A DNA stretch of 32,000 nucleotides from Delftia acidovorans NBRC 14950 (GTDB lineage: Bacteria; Pseudomonadota; Gammaproteobacteria; Burkholderiales; Burkholderiaceae_C): positions 90,001 through 122,000 of the forward strand of contig NZ_BCZP01000008.1 of NCBI RefSeq assembly GCF_001598795.1, given 5' to 3'. The position numbers and the translations under genes were made by a program. Numbering within the stretch: position 1 is the first letter of the stretch; every line of letters begins with the position of its first letter. The notes below the pieces were generated by a model. That model had not been told where the DNA came from. It made no database searches and saw only the letters and a program-made list of their open reading frames with translations. Below are positions 1 through 9,088 of this stretch, in pieces.

Positions 1-2693
1 AGGCGCTGCTGGCGCTGGACATCGAGGCCGCAGACGCGCCGGACAGCCGCCTGGACGCGCTGGAGCAGCTGGACCAACTGGACCAACTGGAGCCTCAGGA
101 AGCCAGCCATGGCACGGACGCCGTGCTCGACGCCGGTGCCCAGGCGCAGACACCGTCGGTGGCGCCCCTGGCCTACTCCATGCGCCCCCTGGTCAACGAT
201 GCGCGCCACGAAGCCGAGCTGCAGCGCCGCATCGACGAGGCCATCGCCCATGCCGTGGCCGTGGGCAGCGACCTGGACGATGACATCGATGCGCTGGACG
301 AGGTCGATCCCGACCTGTTCCCCATCTTCGAGGAAGAGGCCATCGAGCTGCTGCCCCGCCTGGGCGCCGCGCTGCGCCGCTGGCATGGCCGGCCCTCGCT
401 GGACGAGGCGCGCCACGAAACCCTGCGCGCCCTGCACACGCTCAAGGGCAGTGCCCGGCTGGCGGGCGCCATGCGCCTGGGCGAGATGGCCCACCGCCTT
501 GAATCTGCCGTGGAGCGGGTCGATGGCGAATCTCCGACCGCCGAGCAGATCGAGCCCTTGCTGGGCAGCTTCGACGCGCTGCAGGCCGGCTTCGACGTGC
601 TGCGCGTGGCCGGTGAGCAGGCGCAGGAAGCGCCGCTGGACCTGGGCGATGAAATCTCCCACGACGAGCCCGCAGCGGCTGCGGCCTCCGACGCATCGGC
701 AGCGGCTGGATCACCGGCGGCCGCGGCCCCTGTGCCAGCGCCTGTCACTGCGCCGCTGCGCGCCGGTGCCCAGCAGACGGTGCGCGTGCGCGCCCAGCTG
801 CTGGACCGCCTGATCAGCCAGGCTGGCGAGGTGCTGATTGCGCGCTCGCGTGTCGATGCGCGCCTGGCCCAGGCCCGTGGCTCGCTGGACGAGCTGGCCG
901 GCAACCTGGAGCGCCTGCGCATGCAGCTGCGCGACATCGAGGTCCAGGCCGAGAGCCAGATGCAGTCGCGCCTGGCCCTGTCCAAGGACTCGGCCGTGGG
1001 CTTCGACCCGCTGGAGTTCGACCGCTTCACGCGCGTGCAGGAACTCACCCGCATGATGGCCGAGTCGGTCAACGACGTGGCCACCGTGCAGCGCAACCTG
1101 CAGCGCGACATGGCCGGCGCCGAGGACGACCTGGTCGCCCAGGGCCGCCAGGCCCGCGAGTTGCAGCGCGACCTGCTGCGCACGCGCATGGTGGAGTTCG
1201 ACTCCCTGGCCGAGCGCCTGTACGCCGTGGTCCGCCAGACCTCCAAGGAGATGGGCAAGCAGGTGCGGCTGAACATCCTGGGTGGCACCATTGAAATGGA
1301 CCGGGGCATGCTGGACCGCATGATGCCGGCCTTCGAGCACTTGCTGCGCAACTGCGTGGCCCACGGCATCGAGTCGCCCGAGCAGCGTGCCGCCGCAGGC
1401 AAGCCCGCCATGGGCACCATTGAAATCATCCTGAGCCAGGAGCGCAACGACGTGGCGCTGTCGGTGGAGGACGATGGCGCCGGCCTGAACCTGCAGCGCA
1501 TCCGCGACAAGGCCGTGGCCCAGGGCCTGTGGCCCGAGGACCAGACGCTGACGGAGCAGGACGCCGGCCGCCTGATCTTCGAGCCCGGCTTCACCACGGC
1601 CACCGAGGTGACCGGCGTGGCCGGGCGCGGCATCGGCATGGACGTGGTGCGCTCCGAAGTCAACGCGCTGGGCGGCCGCATCGAAACCCACAGCGAGGCG
1701 GGCCGGGGCAGTGCCTTCCGCCTCGTGCTGCCGCTGACGACCGCCGTCACCCAGGTGGTCATGCTGCGCGCGGGCCAGTTGCTGGTCGGCGTGCCCGCCA
1801 GCCTGGTGGAAATCGTGCGCCGCGCGCCGCTGGAGCTGCTGCAGCAGGCCTATGCCAGCCACAGCTTCGAAGACGGCAGCGAGACCCTGCCTTTCTACTG
1901 GGCCGGCGCGCTGTGGCAGTCCTCGCTGCGCAGCGAGGAAACCGTGGGCCGCACCCGGCCCGTGGTCATCCTGCGCAGCGCGGCGCAGCGCATCGCGCTG
2001 CACGTGGACGAAGTGCTGGGCAACCAGGAAGTGGTGATCAAGAACCTCGGCCCCCAGCTGGCCCGCCTGCCCGGCCTGACCGGCATGTCGGTGCTGGCCT
2101 CGGGCGCCGTGGTGCAGATCTACAACCCCGTGGCGCTGGCCAACGTCTATGGCGACGAGGTGCGCGCCCGGACCGAAGAGGCCGAGCGCGCCGCAGGCCA
2201 GGGCGACGGCGAAGCCGTGCTGGCCAGCGCAGGGCCGGCCTCGGTGCCGCTGGTGCTGGTGGTGGACGACTCCATCACCGTGCGCCGCGTCACCCAGCGC
2301 CTGCTGCAGCGCGAAGGCTACCGCGTGGCCCTGGCGGCCGACGGCCTGCAGGCCATGGAACGCCTGGCCGAGGAGCGCCCCACCCTGGTGCTGTCCGACA
2401 TCGAGATGCCGCGCATGGACGGCTTCGACCTGCTGCGCAACATCCGCGCCGACGAGGCCCTGCGCGACCTGCCCGTGGTCATGATCACCTCGCGCATCGC
2501 CCAGAAGCACCGCGAGATGGCGCGCCAGCTGGGAGCCAACCACTACCTGGGCAAGCCCTACTCGGACGAGGAACTGCTGGGCCTGATCCAGCACTACTCC
2601 CTGCAGGGCGGCAGCATCAGCGGCGGCCCGCTGGCGCCGCAGTCGCTGCAGGCGCAGCAGGTGGACAACGAGCCCCTGGGCGAAGGGGCCTGA
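1..2693 (+). CDS. CheA-family hybrid histidine kinase with C-terminal receiver (ChpA/PilL-like); 5' end lies outside the window
   Basis: Frame 3 is open from nt 3, with no stop upstream of the listed Met at 123, so the gene enters from the left. Motifs seen: Hpt (LRALHTLKGSARLAG), N-box (LLRNCVAHGIE), G-boxes (DDGAGL, GRGIGMDVV), a CheW-like segment, and REC (LVVDDSITVRRV, DIEMPRMDG, GKPY). The ChpA/PilL label rests on domain order and on the neighbouring yqgE-ruvX-pyrR-pyrB, as in Pseudomonas. Confidence 0.9.
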   Translation, partial: ALLALDIEAADAPDSRLDALEQLDQLDQLEPQEASHGTDAVLDAGAQAQTPSVAPLAYSMRPLVNDARHEAELQRRIDEAIAHAVAVGSDLDDDIDALDEVDPDLFPIFEEEAIELLPRLGAALRRWHGRPSLDEARHETLRALHTLKGSARLAGAMRLGEMAHRLESAVERVDGESPTAEQIEPLLGSFDALQAGFDVLRVAGEQAQEAPLDLGDEISHDEPAAAAASDASAAAGSPAAAAPVPAPVTAPLRAGAQQTVRVRAQLLDRLISQAGEVLIARSRVDARLAQARGSLDELAGNLERLRMQLRDIEVQAESQMQSRLALSKDSAVGFDPLEFDRFTRVQELTRMMAESVNDVATVQRNLQRDMAGAEDDLVAQGRQARELQRDLLRTRMVEFDSLAERLYAVVRQTSKEMGKQVRLNILGGTIEMDRGMLDRMMPAFEHLLRNCVAHGIESPEQRAAAGKPAMGTIEIILSQERNDVALSVEDDGAGLNLQRIRDKAVAQGLWPEDQTLTEQDAGRLIFEPGFTTATEVTGVAGRGIGMDVVRSEVNALGGRIETHSEAGRGSAFRLVLPLTTAVTQVVMLRAGQLLVGVPASLVEIVRRAPLELLQQAYASHSFEDGSETLPFYWAGALWQSSLRSEETVGRTRPVVILRSAAQRIALHVDEVLGNQEVVIKNLGPQLARLPGLTGMSVLASGAVVQIYNPVALANVYGDEVRARTEEAERAAGQGDGEAVLASAGPASVPLVLVVDDSITVRRVTQRLLQREGYRVALAADGLQAMERLAEERPTLVLSDIEMPRMDGFDLLRNIRADEALRDLPVVMITSRIAQKHREMARQLGANHYLGKPYSDEELLGLIQHYSLQGGSISGGPLAPQSLQAQQVDNEPLGEGA

Positions 2694-2710
2694 AGGCTGG
2701 TGGCCTGAAC

Positions 2711-2741
2711 AAAAAAGAGCAGCATCCGCTGCTCTTTTTTT
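2711..2741. terminator. Bidirectional rho-independent terminator between the convergent kinase and photolyase genes
   Basis: AAAAAA (2711-2716), stem GAGCAGC (2717-2723), loop ATCC, stem GCTGCTC (2728-2734), then seven T (2735-2741). The A-run on one side and T-run on the other fit termination in both directions. Confidence 0.8.
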
Positions 2742-2756
2742 ATTCCAGCAGGTTTT

Positions 2757-4238
2757 TCAGCTGGCCTGCTTGACCACGCCGTAGCGGGCCAGCGTGCGCT
2801 CGCGCGCGGCTGCGTGGTCCACCACGGGATGGGGGTAGTCCGTGCCCAGCACCACGCCGGCCTCGGCCAGCTCCAGCGGCCGGGCCTGCCAGGGCGCGTG
2901 GCGCAGCGCGGCGGGCAGGCGGGCCAGTTCGGGCACGTAGCGCTCGATGAAGCGCGCATCGGCATCGAACTTCTGGCTTTGCGTGATGGGGTTGAAGATG
3001 CGGAACCAGGGCTGGGCATCGCAGCCCGTGGAGGCCGCCCACTGCCAGCCGCCGTTGTTGGCCGCCAGGTCGAAGTCGTTGAGCTGGCGCGCAAACCAGG
3101 CCTCGCCCCGGCGCCAGTCTATGCCCAGATCCTTGACCAGAAAGCTGGCCGCCACCATGCGCAGCCGGTTGTGCATATAGCCCGTGGTGTTGAGCTGGCG
3201 CATGGCGGCATCGACCAGCGGATAGCCGGTGCGGCCCTCGCACCAGGCGGCATACAGCGCATCGGCCTCGGGGCCGGTATCCCACACGATGGCGTCGTAG
3301 GCGGGCTTGAAGCTGGCGTGCACCACGTGCGGATGGTGGGCCAGGATCTGGAAATAGAAGTCGCGCCAGATCAGCTCGGACAGCCAGGTGGCGGCGCCCT
3401 CGGCATCATGGGGCTGGCTCTGCGTCTGCTCCCAGGCCAGCCTTGCCAGGCGGCGGATGGAGACCGTGCCGAAGCGCAGGTGCACGCTCAGGTAGCTGGG
3501 GCCCTTGACGGCGGGAAAGTCTCGCGCCTGCTTGTAGCGCGGCAGGCGCGGCAGAAAGTCGGCCAGCAGTTCCTCGGCGCCGGCGCAGCCCGTGGGCAGG
3601 CGCAGGCCGTCCAGCGTGCCGGCCTCAAAGCCCAGGTCGGCTGCGGTGGGCACGGGGCGGCGTTCGCCTTCGGGGCGCGGGGCCAGGCGCTCGGGCAGGT
3701 CGCGCTCGCTGGGATAGGCGGACAGGAAGAAGGGTGTGATCTGGCGCAGCCAGGCGTTCTTGTACGGGGTGAACACCGAGAACGGCGCGCCGGCCTGGGT
3801 CAGCACCTCGTCGCGCGCAAAGACCATGTGGTCCTTGAAACTGTGCAGGGCCACGCCCTCGGCGGCCAGGGCCTGGCGCACGCGGGCGTCGCGGGCCAGG
3901 GCGTCGGGCTCGTCGTCCCAGTTGCAGAACACGGCCTGGGCGCCGAGCTGCCGGGCCAGGTCCGGGATCTGCTCAGCGGGCCGGCCACGGCGCACGATGA
4001 GGCCGGTGTCGGCGCGGCCCGAGGCCTCGCGCAGCGCATCGTCCAGCCCGCTCAGGCTCTGGCAGATGAACTCCACGCGCCGGTCTGCACGGGGCAGGGG
4101 GGCGAGGATGTCGTCGTCGAAGATGAACACGCAATGCACCTGCCTGCACTGGCGCAGCGCGTGGTAGAGGGCGGCGTGGTCGGCCAGGCGCAGGTCGCGC
4201 CGCAGCCAGACCAAGCCCACAGGGTAAGAAGGTGGCAT
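2757..4238 (-). CDS. phrB: Deoxyribodipyrimidine photolyase (class I CPD photolyase)
   Basis: Internal Met of ORF 2757..4532, with CAT at 4236-4238. N-terminus MPPSYPVGLVWLRRDLRLADHAAL, plus TGYPLVDAAMRQL, WISELIWRDFY-like and NNGGWQW motifs typical of photolyases. The 98 codons upstream run through the neighbouring yqgE start and are rejected. Confidence 0.92.
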   Translation of the reverse strand: MPPSYPVGLVWLRRDLRLADHAALYHALRQCRQVHCVFIFDDDILAPLPRADRRVEFICQSLSGLDDALREASGRADTGLIVRRGRPAEQIPDLARQLGAQAVFCNWDDEPDALARDARVRQALAAEGVALHSFKDHMVFARDEVLTQAGAPFSVFTPYKNAWLRQITPFFLSAYPSERDLPERLAPRPEGERRPVPTAADLGFEAGTLDGLRLPTGCAGAEELLADFLPRLPRYKQARDFPAVKGPSYLSVHLRFGTVSIRRLARLAWEQTQSQPHDAEGAATWLSELIWRDFYFQILAHHPHVVHASFKPAYDAIVWDTGPEADALYAAWCEGRTGYPLVDAAMRQLNTTGYMHNRLRMVAASFLVKDLGIDWRRGEAWFARQLNDFDLAANNGGWQWAASTGCDAQPWFRIFNPITQSQKFDADARFIERYVPELARLPAALRHAPWQARPLELAEAGVVLGTDYPHPVVDHAAARERTLARYGVVKQAS

Positions 4239-4262
4239 GGATCGCCGGTAAAATCCGTGGTT

Positions 4263-4862
4263 ATGTCTGCTGAAACTGCGCCTATCAATCTGACGCACCA
4301 CTTCCTGATTGCCATGCCTGGCCTGGAAGACGAAGCGTTCTCGCGCAGTGTGATCTACCTGTGCGAACACAGCGAGCGCGGTGCGCTCGGTCTGATTATC
4401 AACAAGCCCTCGCAGCTTACGCTGGAAGGCTTGCTGGAAAAGGTGGATCTGGCCCTGGGCCGCGAGGACCTTCGCGGCAACCGTGTCTTCAACGGCGGAC
4501 CCGTGCAGACCGATCGCGGCTTTGTGCTGCACGACCCCATGGTCATCGAAGGCGCGCCCGACGACGAGTCCGCCTACGCCTCGACCATGACCATTCCCGG
4601 CGGCTTGGAGATGACCACCTCCAAGGACGTGCTCGAAGCCCTGTCCGACGGCGCAGGCCCCAAGCGCCTGCTGGTCACCCTGGGCTACGCGTCCTGGGGC
4701 GAGGGACAGCTGGAGTCGGAGCTGGCCGAAAACGCCTGGCTCACGGTGGGTGCCGACGCCAACGTCATCTTCGACACCCCGGTCGACGACCGCTATGACC
4801 GCGCCCTGGGCCTGCTGGGCCTGCAGCGCTGGATGATCTCGCCCGAAGCGGGGCGTGCATGA
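4263..4862 (+). CDS. yqgE: YqgE/AlgH family protein (UPF0301)
   Basis: ATG at 4263, in frame with the tail of ORF 2814..4862. N-terminus MSAETAPINLTHHFLIAMPGLEDEAFSRSVIYLCEHSERGALGLIINKP is the family hallmark. The upstream 483 codons are antisense to the photolyase gene. Confidence 0.9.
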   Translation: MSAETAPINLTHHFLIAMPGLEDEAFSRSVIYLCEHSERGALGLIINKPSQLTLEGLLEKVDLALGREDLRGNRVFNGGPVQTDRGFVLHDPMVIEGAPDDESAYASTMTIPGGLEMTTSKDVLEALSDGAGPKRLLVTLGYASWGEGQLESELAENAWLTVGADANVIFDTPVDDRYDRALGLLGLQRWMISPEAGRA

Positions 4863-5317
4863 GCCTGCCCGCTCCCGAGTCCCAGGCAGCAGCGGCAGCC
4901 GGCACGGCCGTGCCGCCCACCGTTCCCTCCCATTTCCAGAGTTTCGTGGCCTTCGATTTCGGGGCCAAGCGCACGGGCTGTGCCGTGGGCACGCGCATGC
5001 TGCGCTCGGCCAACCCGCTGCCCACCATCCGCGCCGAGGCTGGCGAGGCCCGCCTGGCCCAGGCCGGCGAGCGCATCAAGGAGTGGCAGCCCGATGCGCT
5101 GGTCATCGGCGTTCCCTACCACCCCGACGGCAATGCGCACGAGAACACGGCGCGGGCGAAGAAATTCGGCCGCCAGCTCAAGAGCCGCTTCGGCCTGCCT
5201 GTCTATGAGGTGGACGAGCGCTACAGCACCACCGAGGCCCTGGCCGGTGGCGCAAGGGATGCCGATGCGGCCTCGGCCTGCATCATTCTTGAACAGTTTT
5301 TGAGGAGTCTTCCATGA
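4859..5317 (+). CDS. ruvX: Holliday junction resolvase-like protein RuvX (YqgF)
   Basis: FDFGAKRTGCAVG RNase-H-like N-terminal motif and DERYSTTEA near the C-terminus. The start ATG overlaps the yqgE stop (ATGA at 4859-4862). An in-frame GTG at 4946 would give a more typical short N-terminus. Confidence 0.88.
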   Translation: MSLPAPESQAAAAAGTAVPPTVPSHFQSFVAFDFGAKRTGCAVGTRMLRSANPLPTIRAEAGEARLAQAGERIKEWQPDALVIGVPYHPDGNAHENTARAKKFGRQLKSRFGLPVYEVDERYSTTEALAGGARDADAASACIILEQFLRSLP

Positions 5318-5832
5318 GTGAATCCATTGCGGGAGCCGGCAGCCTGGTGCTGGACGCCGAGGCCCTGTACCGCGAACTGCTGCGCGGCGTGCGCAGCCTC
5401 ATGGGGCCTGAAACCCGCCTGGCCGGCATCACCTCGGGCGGCGCCTGGCTGGTGGAGCGGCTGCACAAGGACCTGAACCTGCCCGGCAACCCCAGCGTGC
5501 TGTCCTCGGCCCTGCACCGCGACGACTTCGCGCAGCGCGGCATGGCCACCAGCGCCCAGACGCAGATCGACTTTGACGTCAACGGCGCCGACATCCTGGT
5601 GCTGGACGACGTGCTCTACACCGGCCGCACCGTGCGCGCCGTGCTCAACGAACTCTATGACTACGGCCGCCCGGCCTGCGTGCGCCTGGCGGTGCTGGTG
5701 GACCGGGGCGGGCGCGAGTTGCCCTTCCAGGCCGACTTTGCCGCCGCGCGCATCGCGCTGCCGGCCGACCGCCTGCTGTCGCTGGCGCGCGATGACGCCG
5801 GCGTCTTCCAATTCCGCATCCAAGAGGCCTGA
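5314..5832 (+). CDS. pyrR: Pyrimidine operon regulator / uracil phosphoribosyltransferase PyrR
   Basis: PRPP-binding motif [20 protein letters not shown] overlap with the ruvX stop. Lies immediately upstream of pyrB. Confidence 0.9.
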   Translation: MSESIAGAGSLVLDAEALYRELLRGVRSLMGPETRLAGITSGGAWLVERLHKDLNLPGNPSVLSSALHRDDFAQRGMATSAQTQIDFDVNGADILVLDDVLYTGRTVRAVLNELYDYGRPACVRLAVLVDRGGRELPFQADFAAARIALPADRLLSLARDDAGVFQFRIQEA

Positions 5833-5834
5833 CC

Positions 5835-6797
5835 GTGCTGTACAAGCGCAATCCCCAGCTCAACAAGAACGGCGAACTGATCCACCTGCTGTCCACCGAA
5901 GGACTGTCCAAGGACATCCTCACCCACATCCTGGACACGGCGGCCAACTTCGTCAGCGTCAATGACCGCGAGGTCAAGAAGGTGCCGCTGCTGCGCGGCA
6001 AGAGCGTGTTCAACCTGTTCTTCGAGAACAGCACGCGCACGCGCACCACGTTCGAGATCGCGGCCAAGCGCCTGTCGGCCGACGTGTTCAACCTGGACAT
6101 CGCGCGCAGCTCGGCCAGCAAGGGCGAATCGCTGCTGGACACCATCGCCAACCTCTCGGCCATGGCCGCCGACATCTTCGTCGTGCGCCACAGCGAGTCG
6201 GGTGCGCCCTACCTCATCGCCCAGCATGTGGCGCCCCATGTCCACGTGGTCAATGCCGGCGACGGCCGCCACGCCCACCCCACGCAGGGGCTGCTGGACA
6301 TGTACACCATCCGCCACTACAAGAAGGACTTCGCCAACCTGCGCGTGGCCATCGTGGGCGATGTGCTGCACTCGCGCGTGGCGCGCTCCGACATCCATGC
6401 GCTGACCACGCTGGGCGCGGCCGAAGTGCGCGTCGTCGGCCCGCGCACCTTGGTGCCGCCGGACCTGGCGCAGATGGGCGTGCGCGTCTTCCACACGCTG
6501 GAAGAGGGCATCCGGGACTGCGACGTGATCATCATGCTGCGCCTGCAGAACGAGCGCATGAGCGGCGCCCTGCTGCCGTCCAGCCAGGAATACTTCAAGA
6601 GCTTCGGCCTCACGGCCGAGAAGCTGCGCCTGGCCAAGCCGGACGCCATCGTCATGCACCCGGGCCCCATCAACCGCGGCGTGGAGATCGACTCCGAAGT
6701 GGTCGATGGCCCGCAGGCCGTGATCCTGTCGCAGGTCTCGTTCGGCATCGCCGTGCGCATGGCCGTCATGTCGATAGTGGCCGGCAACGAGGCTTGA
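5835..6797 (+). CDS. pyrB: Aspartate carbamoyltransferase catalytic chain
   Basis: GTG start 2 nt after the pyrR stop. [13 protein letters not shown] carbamoyl-phosphate motif and HPGPINRG motif. Confidence 0.95.
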   Translation: MLYKRNPQLNKNGELIHLLSTEGLSKDILTHILDTAANFVSVNDREVKKVPLLRGKSVFNLFFENSTRTRTTFEIAAKRLSADVFNLDIARSSASKGESLLDTIANLSAMAADIFVVRHSESGAPYLIAQHVAPHVHVVNAGDGRHAHPTQGLLDMYTIRHYKKDFANLRVAIVGDVLHSRVARSDIHALTTLGAAEVRVVGPRTLVPPDLAQMGVRVFHTLEEGIRDCDVIIMLRLQNERMSGALLPSSQEYFKSFGLTAEKLRLAKPDAIVMHPGPINRGVEIDSEVVDGPQAVILSQVSFGIAVRMAVMSIVAGNEA

Positions 6798-6820
6798 AAT
6801 GAAGCACCCCCTGAGCGACT

Positions 6821-6863
6821 GCGTCGCTTCCCCCTCTCTCGCTACGCGGGAGGGGGACGACGC
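6821..6863. repeat. REP-like interrupted GC hairpin in the pyrB-pyrC' spacer
   Basis: GCGTCG (6821-6826) ctt CCCCCTC (6830-6836), a 13-nt loop, then GAGGGGG (6850-6856) a CGACGC (6858-6863). I cannot test repetitiveness elsewhere in the genome from one window. Confidence 0.4.
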
Positions 6864-6929
6864 CCTCGCTGCAGGGCGGCCTTTGCTCGGCGTCCCTGAG
6901 ATGGGCCATGCTTTTTCCATGCCCGGTGT

Positions 6930-6954
6930 CCTGGACTGAGTCCAGGCGCTTTTT
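6930..6954 (+). terminator. Terminator or attenuator-like hairpin between pyrB and pyrC'
   Basis: CCTGGACT g AGTCCAGG (6930-6946), followed by CGC and TTTTT (6950-6954). Confidence 0.5.
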
Positions 6955-7026
6955 GTGAATGCAAATGTTTTTGATCGCCGCAGGCCGCAGCCCATGCGCC
7001 GCCTGCGGTCTACGGGGTAGCAAACC

Positions 7027-8322
7027 ATGAAGATACTCATCCGCAACGGCCGAGTGATGGACCCGGCACGGGGCCTGGACCAGCAGGCCGACGTGGCCAT
7101 CGATGGCGGCAAGGTGCTGGCCATCGGCAAGGCGCCCGAGGGATTTGCCGCAGAACGCGAGATCGATGCCGCCGGCTGCTGGGTGCTGCCGGGCCTGGTC
7201 GATCTGGCCGTGCGCCTGCGCGAGCCCGGCCACGAGCACGAAGGCATGCTGCAGTCTGAGATGGCTGCATCGGTGGCCGGTGGCGTGACCAGCCTGGTCT
7301 GCCCGCCCGACACCGACCCCGTTCTCGACGAGCAGGGCCTGGTGGAGATGCTCAAGTTCCGCGCCGAGAAGCTGCACCAGTCGCGCCTGTTCCCACTGGG
7401 CGCGCTGACGCTGGGTCTCAAGGGCGAAGTGCTGACCGAGATGGCCGAGCTGACCGAGTCCGGCTGCATCGGCTTCAGCCAGGCCGAAGTGCCCATGACC
7501 AGCACCCAGACCCTGCAGCGCGCGCTGGCGTATGCGGCCACCTACGGCTACACCGTGTGGCTGCGCCCGCAGGAGCTGTACCTGGGCAAGGGCGTGGCCG
7601 CCAGCGGCCCGCTGGCCACGCGCATGGGCCTGTCCGGCGTGCCCGTGGCGGCCGAGACGATTGCCCTGCACACCATCTTCGAGCTGATGCGCGGCACCCA
7701 GGCGCGCGTGCACCTGTGCCGCCTGTCCAGCGCCGCAGGCGTGGAACTGGTGCGCCGTGCCAAGGCCGAAGGCCTGCAGGTCACGGCCGACGTGTCCATC
7801 AACTCGCTGCACCTGACCGATACCGATATCGGCTACTTCGACAGCAGCGCGCGCGTCACGCCGCCGCTGCGCCAGCAGCGCGACCGCGATGCGCTGTCTG
7901 CCGCGCTGGCCGATGGCACCATCGACGCCCTGGTCTCCGACCACACGCCCGTCGATGAAGACGCCAAGGTCCTGCCCTTTGCCGAGGCCGAGCCCGGCGC
8001 CACGGGCGTGGAGCTGCTGCTGTCGCTGGCCGTCAAGTGGTCGCAGGAAAGCGGTGTGCCCCTGAACCGCGCACTGGCCGCCATCACGGCATCGCCCGTG
8101 CAGGTGCTGGGATCGGCGCTGGGCGAGCTGCAGGAGCAACTGGGCCGTCTGGCCGAGGGCGGCGTGGCCGACCTGTGCATCGTCGATCCGCAGGCGGCCT
8201 GGACCGTGAAGCCCCAGGAACTGGCCAGCCAGGGCAAGAGCACGCCCTTCGGCGGCTACGAGCTGCCGGCCCGCGTGCGCTGCACGCTGGTCGATGGCCG
8301 CGTGGCATTCGAACGCCGCTGA
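7027..8322 (+). CDS. Dihydroorotase-like protein, probably non-catalytic (PyrC')
   Basis: Amidohydrolase fold (MKILIRNGRVMDP, VLPGLVDL), but the canonical D-x-H-x-H zinc-ligand motif reads DLAVRLREPG (7201-7230). Position after pyrR-pyrB matches Pseudomonas pyrC'. Confidence 0.85.
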   Translation: MKILIRNGRVMDPARGLDQQADVAIDGGKVLAIGKAPEGFAAEREIDAAGCWVLPGLVDLAVRLREPGHEHEGMLQSEMAASVAGGVTSLVCPPDTDPVLDEQGLVEMLKFRAEKLHQSRLFPLGALTLGLKGEVLTEMAELTESGCIGFSQAEVPMTSTQTLQRALAYAATYGYTVWLRPQELYLGKGVAASGPLATRMGLSGVPVAAETIALHTIFELMRGTQARVHLCRLSSAAGVELVRRAKAEGLQVTADVSINSLHLTDTDIGYFDSSARVTPPLRQQRDRDALSAALADGTIDALVSDHTPVDEDAKVLPFAEAEPGATGVELLLSLAVKWSQESGVPLNRALAAITASPVQVLGSALGELQEQLGRLAEGGVADLCIVDPQAAWTVKPQELASQGKSTPFGGYELPARVRCTLVDGRVAFERR

Positions 8323-8324
8323 AC

Positions 8325-9074
8325 ATGAGCCGTCTGCGCAGGGGAGGGCGCGCCACGCTGCGCGCAGCGCGCCTGTTCGGCCATGTGTGCAAGGGGCTGT
8401 GGATCGTGGCCCTGCGCTTTCCGCAGCTGCCCGAGGCGCGCCAGCACGCCCATGTGCAGGCCTGGGCCCTGCAGTTGCTGGCCCATGCGGGCGTGCGCCT
8501 GGAGATCCAGGGCGAGCCGCCGCGCCAGGGCCCCATGCTCATGGTCAGCAACCATATTTCCTGGCTCGACATTCCCGTGCTGCATGCGGCGCGGCACTGC
8601 CGCTTCATCTCCAAGTCCGACGTCAAGGGCTGGCCGCTGATCGGCACGCTGGCCACGGCGGCGGGCACGCTGTACATCGAGCGCACCTCGCGCCGCGATG
8701 CCCGGCGCATGGTGCAGAGCATGGAGGAATCCCTGCAGCGCCGCGAGATCCTGGCCATCTTCCCCGAAGGCACGACGGGCGACGGCCGCAAGCTGCTGCC
8801 CTTTCATGCCAACCTGCTGCAGGCGGCCGTGCAGATCGATGCGCCCGTGCTGCCCGTGGGCCTGCGCTTCATCGACGGCGCCACCGGCCAGATCAGCCAC
8901 GCGCCCAGCTACGAGGGCGATGAAACCCTGCTGGGCTCCATCTGGCGCACGCTGTGCGCCGACGACCTGGTGGCCGTCGTCCACTATGGCCAGCCGCAGA
9001 CGGCCGAAGGCCGCGACCGCCGCGTCTGGTCGCAGGACCTGCATGCCGAGGTGGACCGGCTGCGCCAGGCCTGA
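8325..9074 (+). CDS. Lysophospholipid (1-acyl-sn-glycerol-3-phosphate) acyltransferase family protein
   Basis: Internal ATG at 8325 of ORF 8037..9074, 2 nt after the pyrC' stop. H(X)4D motif NHISWLD and FPEGTTGDG motif. Confidence 0.85.
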   Translation: MSRLRRGGRATLRAARLFGHVCKGLWIVALRFPQLPEARQHAHVQAWALQLLAHAGVRLEIQGEPPRQGPMLMVSNHISWLDIPVLHAARHCRFISKSDVKGWPLIGTLATAAGTLYIERTSRRDARRMVQSMEESLQRREILAIFPEGTTGDGRKLLPFHANLLQAAVQIDAPVLPVGLRFIDGATGQISHAPSYEGDETLLGSIWRTLCADDLVAVVHYGQPQTAEGRDRRVWSQDLHAEVDRLRQA

Positions 9075-9088
9075 ACGCTGCCAGCGAC

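Noticed and set aside
60-95. A 9-nt tandem repeat (ctggagcag ctggaccaa ctggaccaa ctggagcct) at the left edge.
   Set aside because: It is in frame and encodes LEQ-LDQ-LDQ-LEP within a low-complexity acidic linker of the ChpA-like kinase. This is ordinary coding-repeat content, not an independent element.
2814-4262. N-terminal extensions given by the ORF track for several genes: 2814..4262 on yqgE, 4239..4532 on the photolyase, 8037..8324, 8954..9088, 13206..13322, 16052..16141, 19022..19081, 25629..25739, 28843..28950 and 30388..30558.
   Set aside because: The extensions overlap neighbouring genes or intergenic hairpins and have junk-like composition. In each case an internal start yields the family-typical N-terminus, often with an ATGA overlap or an RBS.
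6805-6815. An 11-mer, caccccctgag, shared between the pyrB-pyrC' spacer (6805-6815) and the spacer after the Roadblock gene (about 23387-23397), considered as a dispersed repeat family.
   Set aside because: In 32 kb of strongly GC-biased sequence, many 11-mer coincidences are expected by chance, and the flanks do not align.
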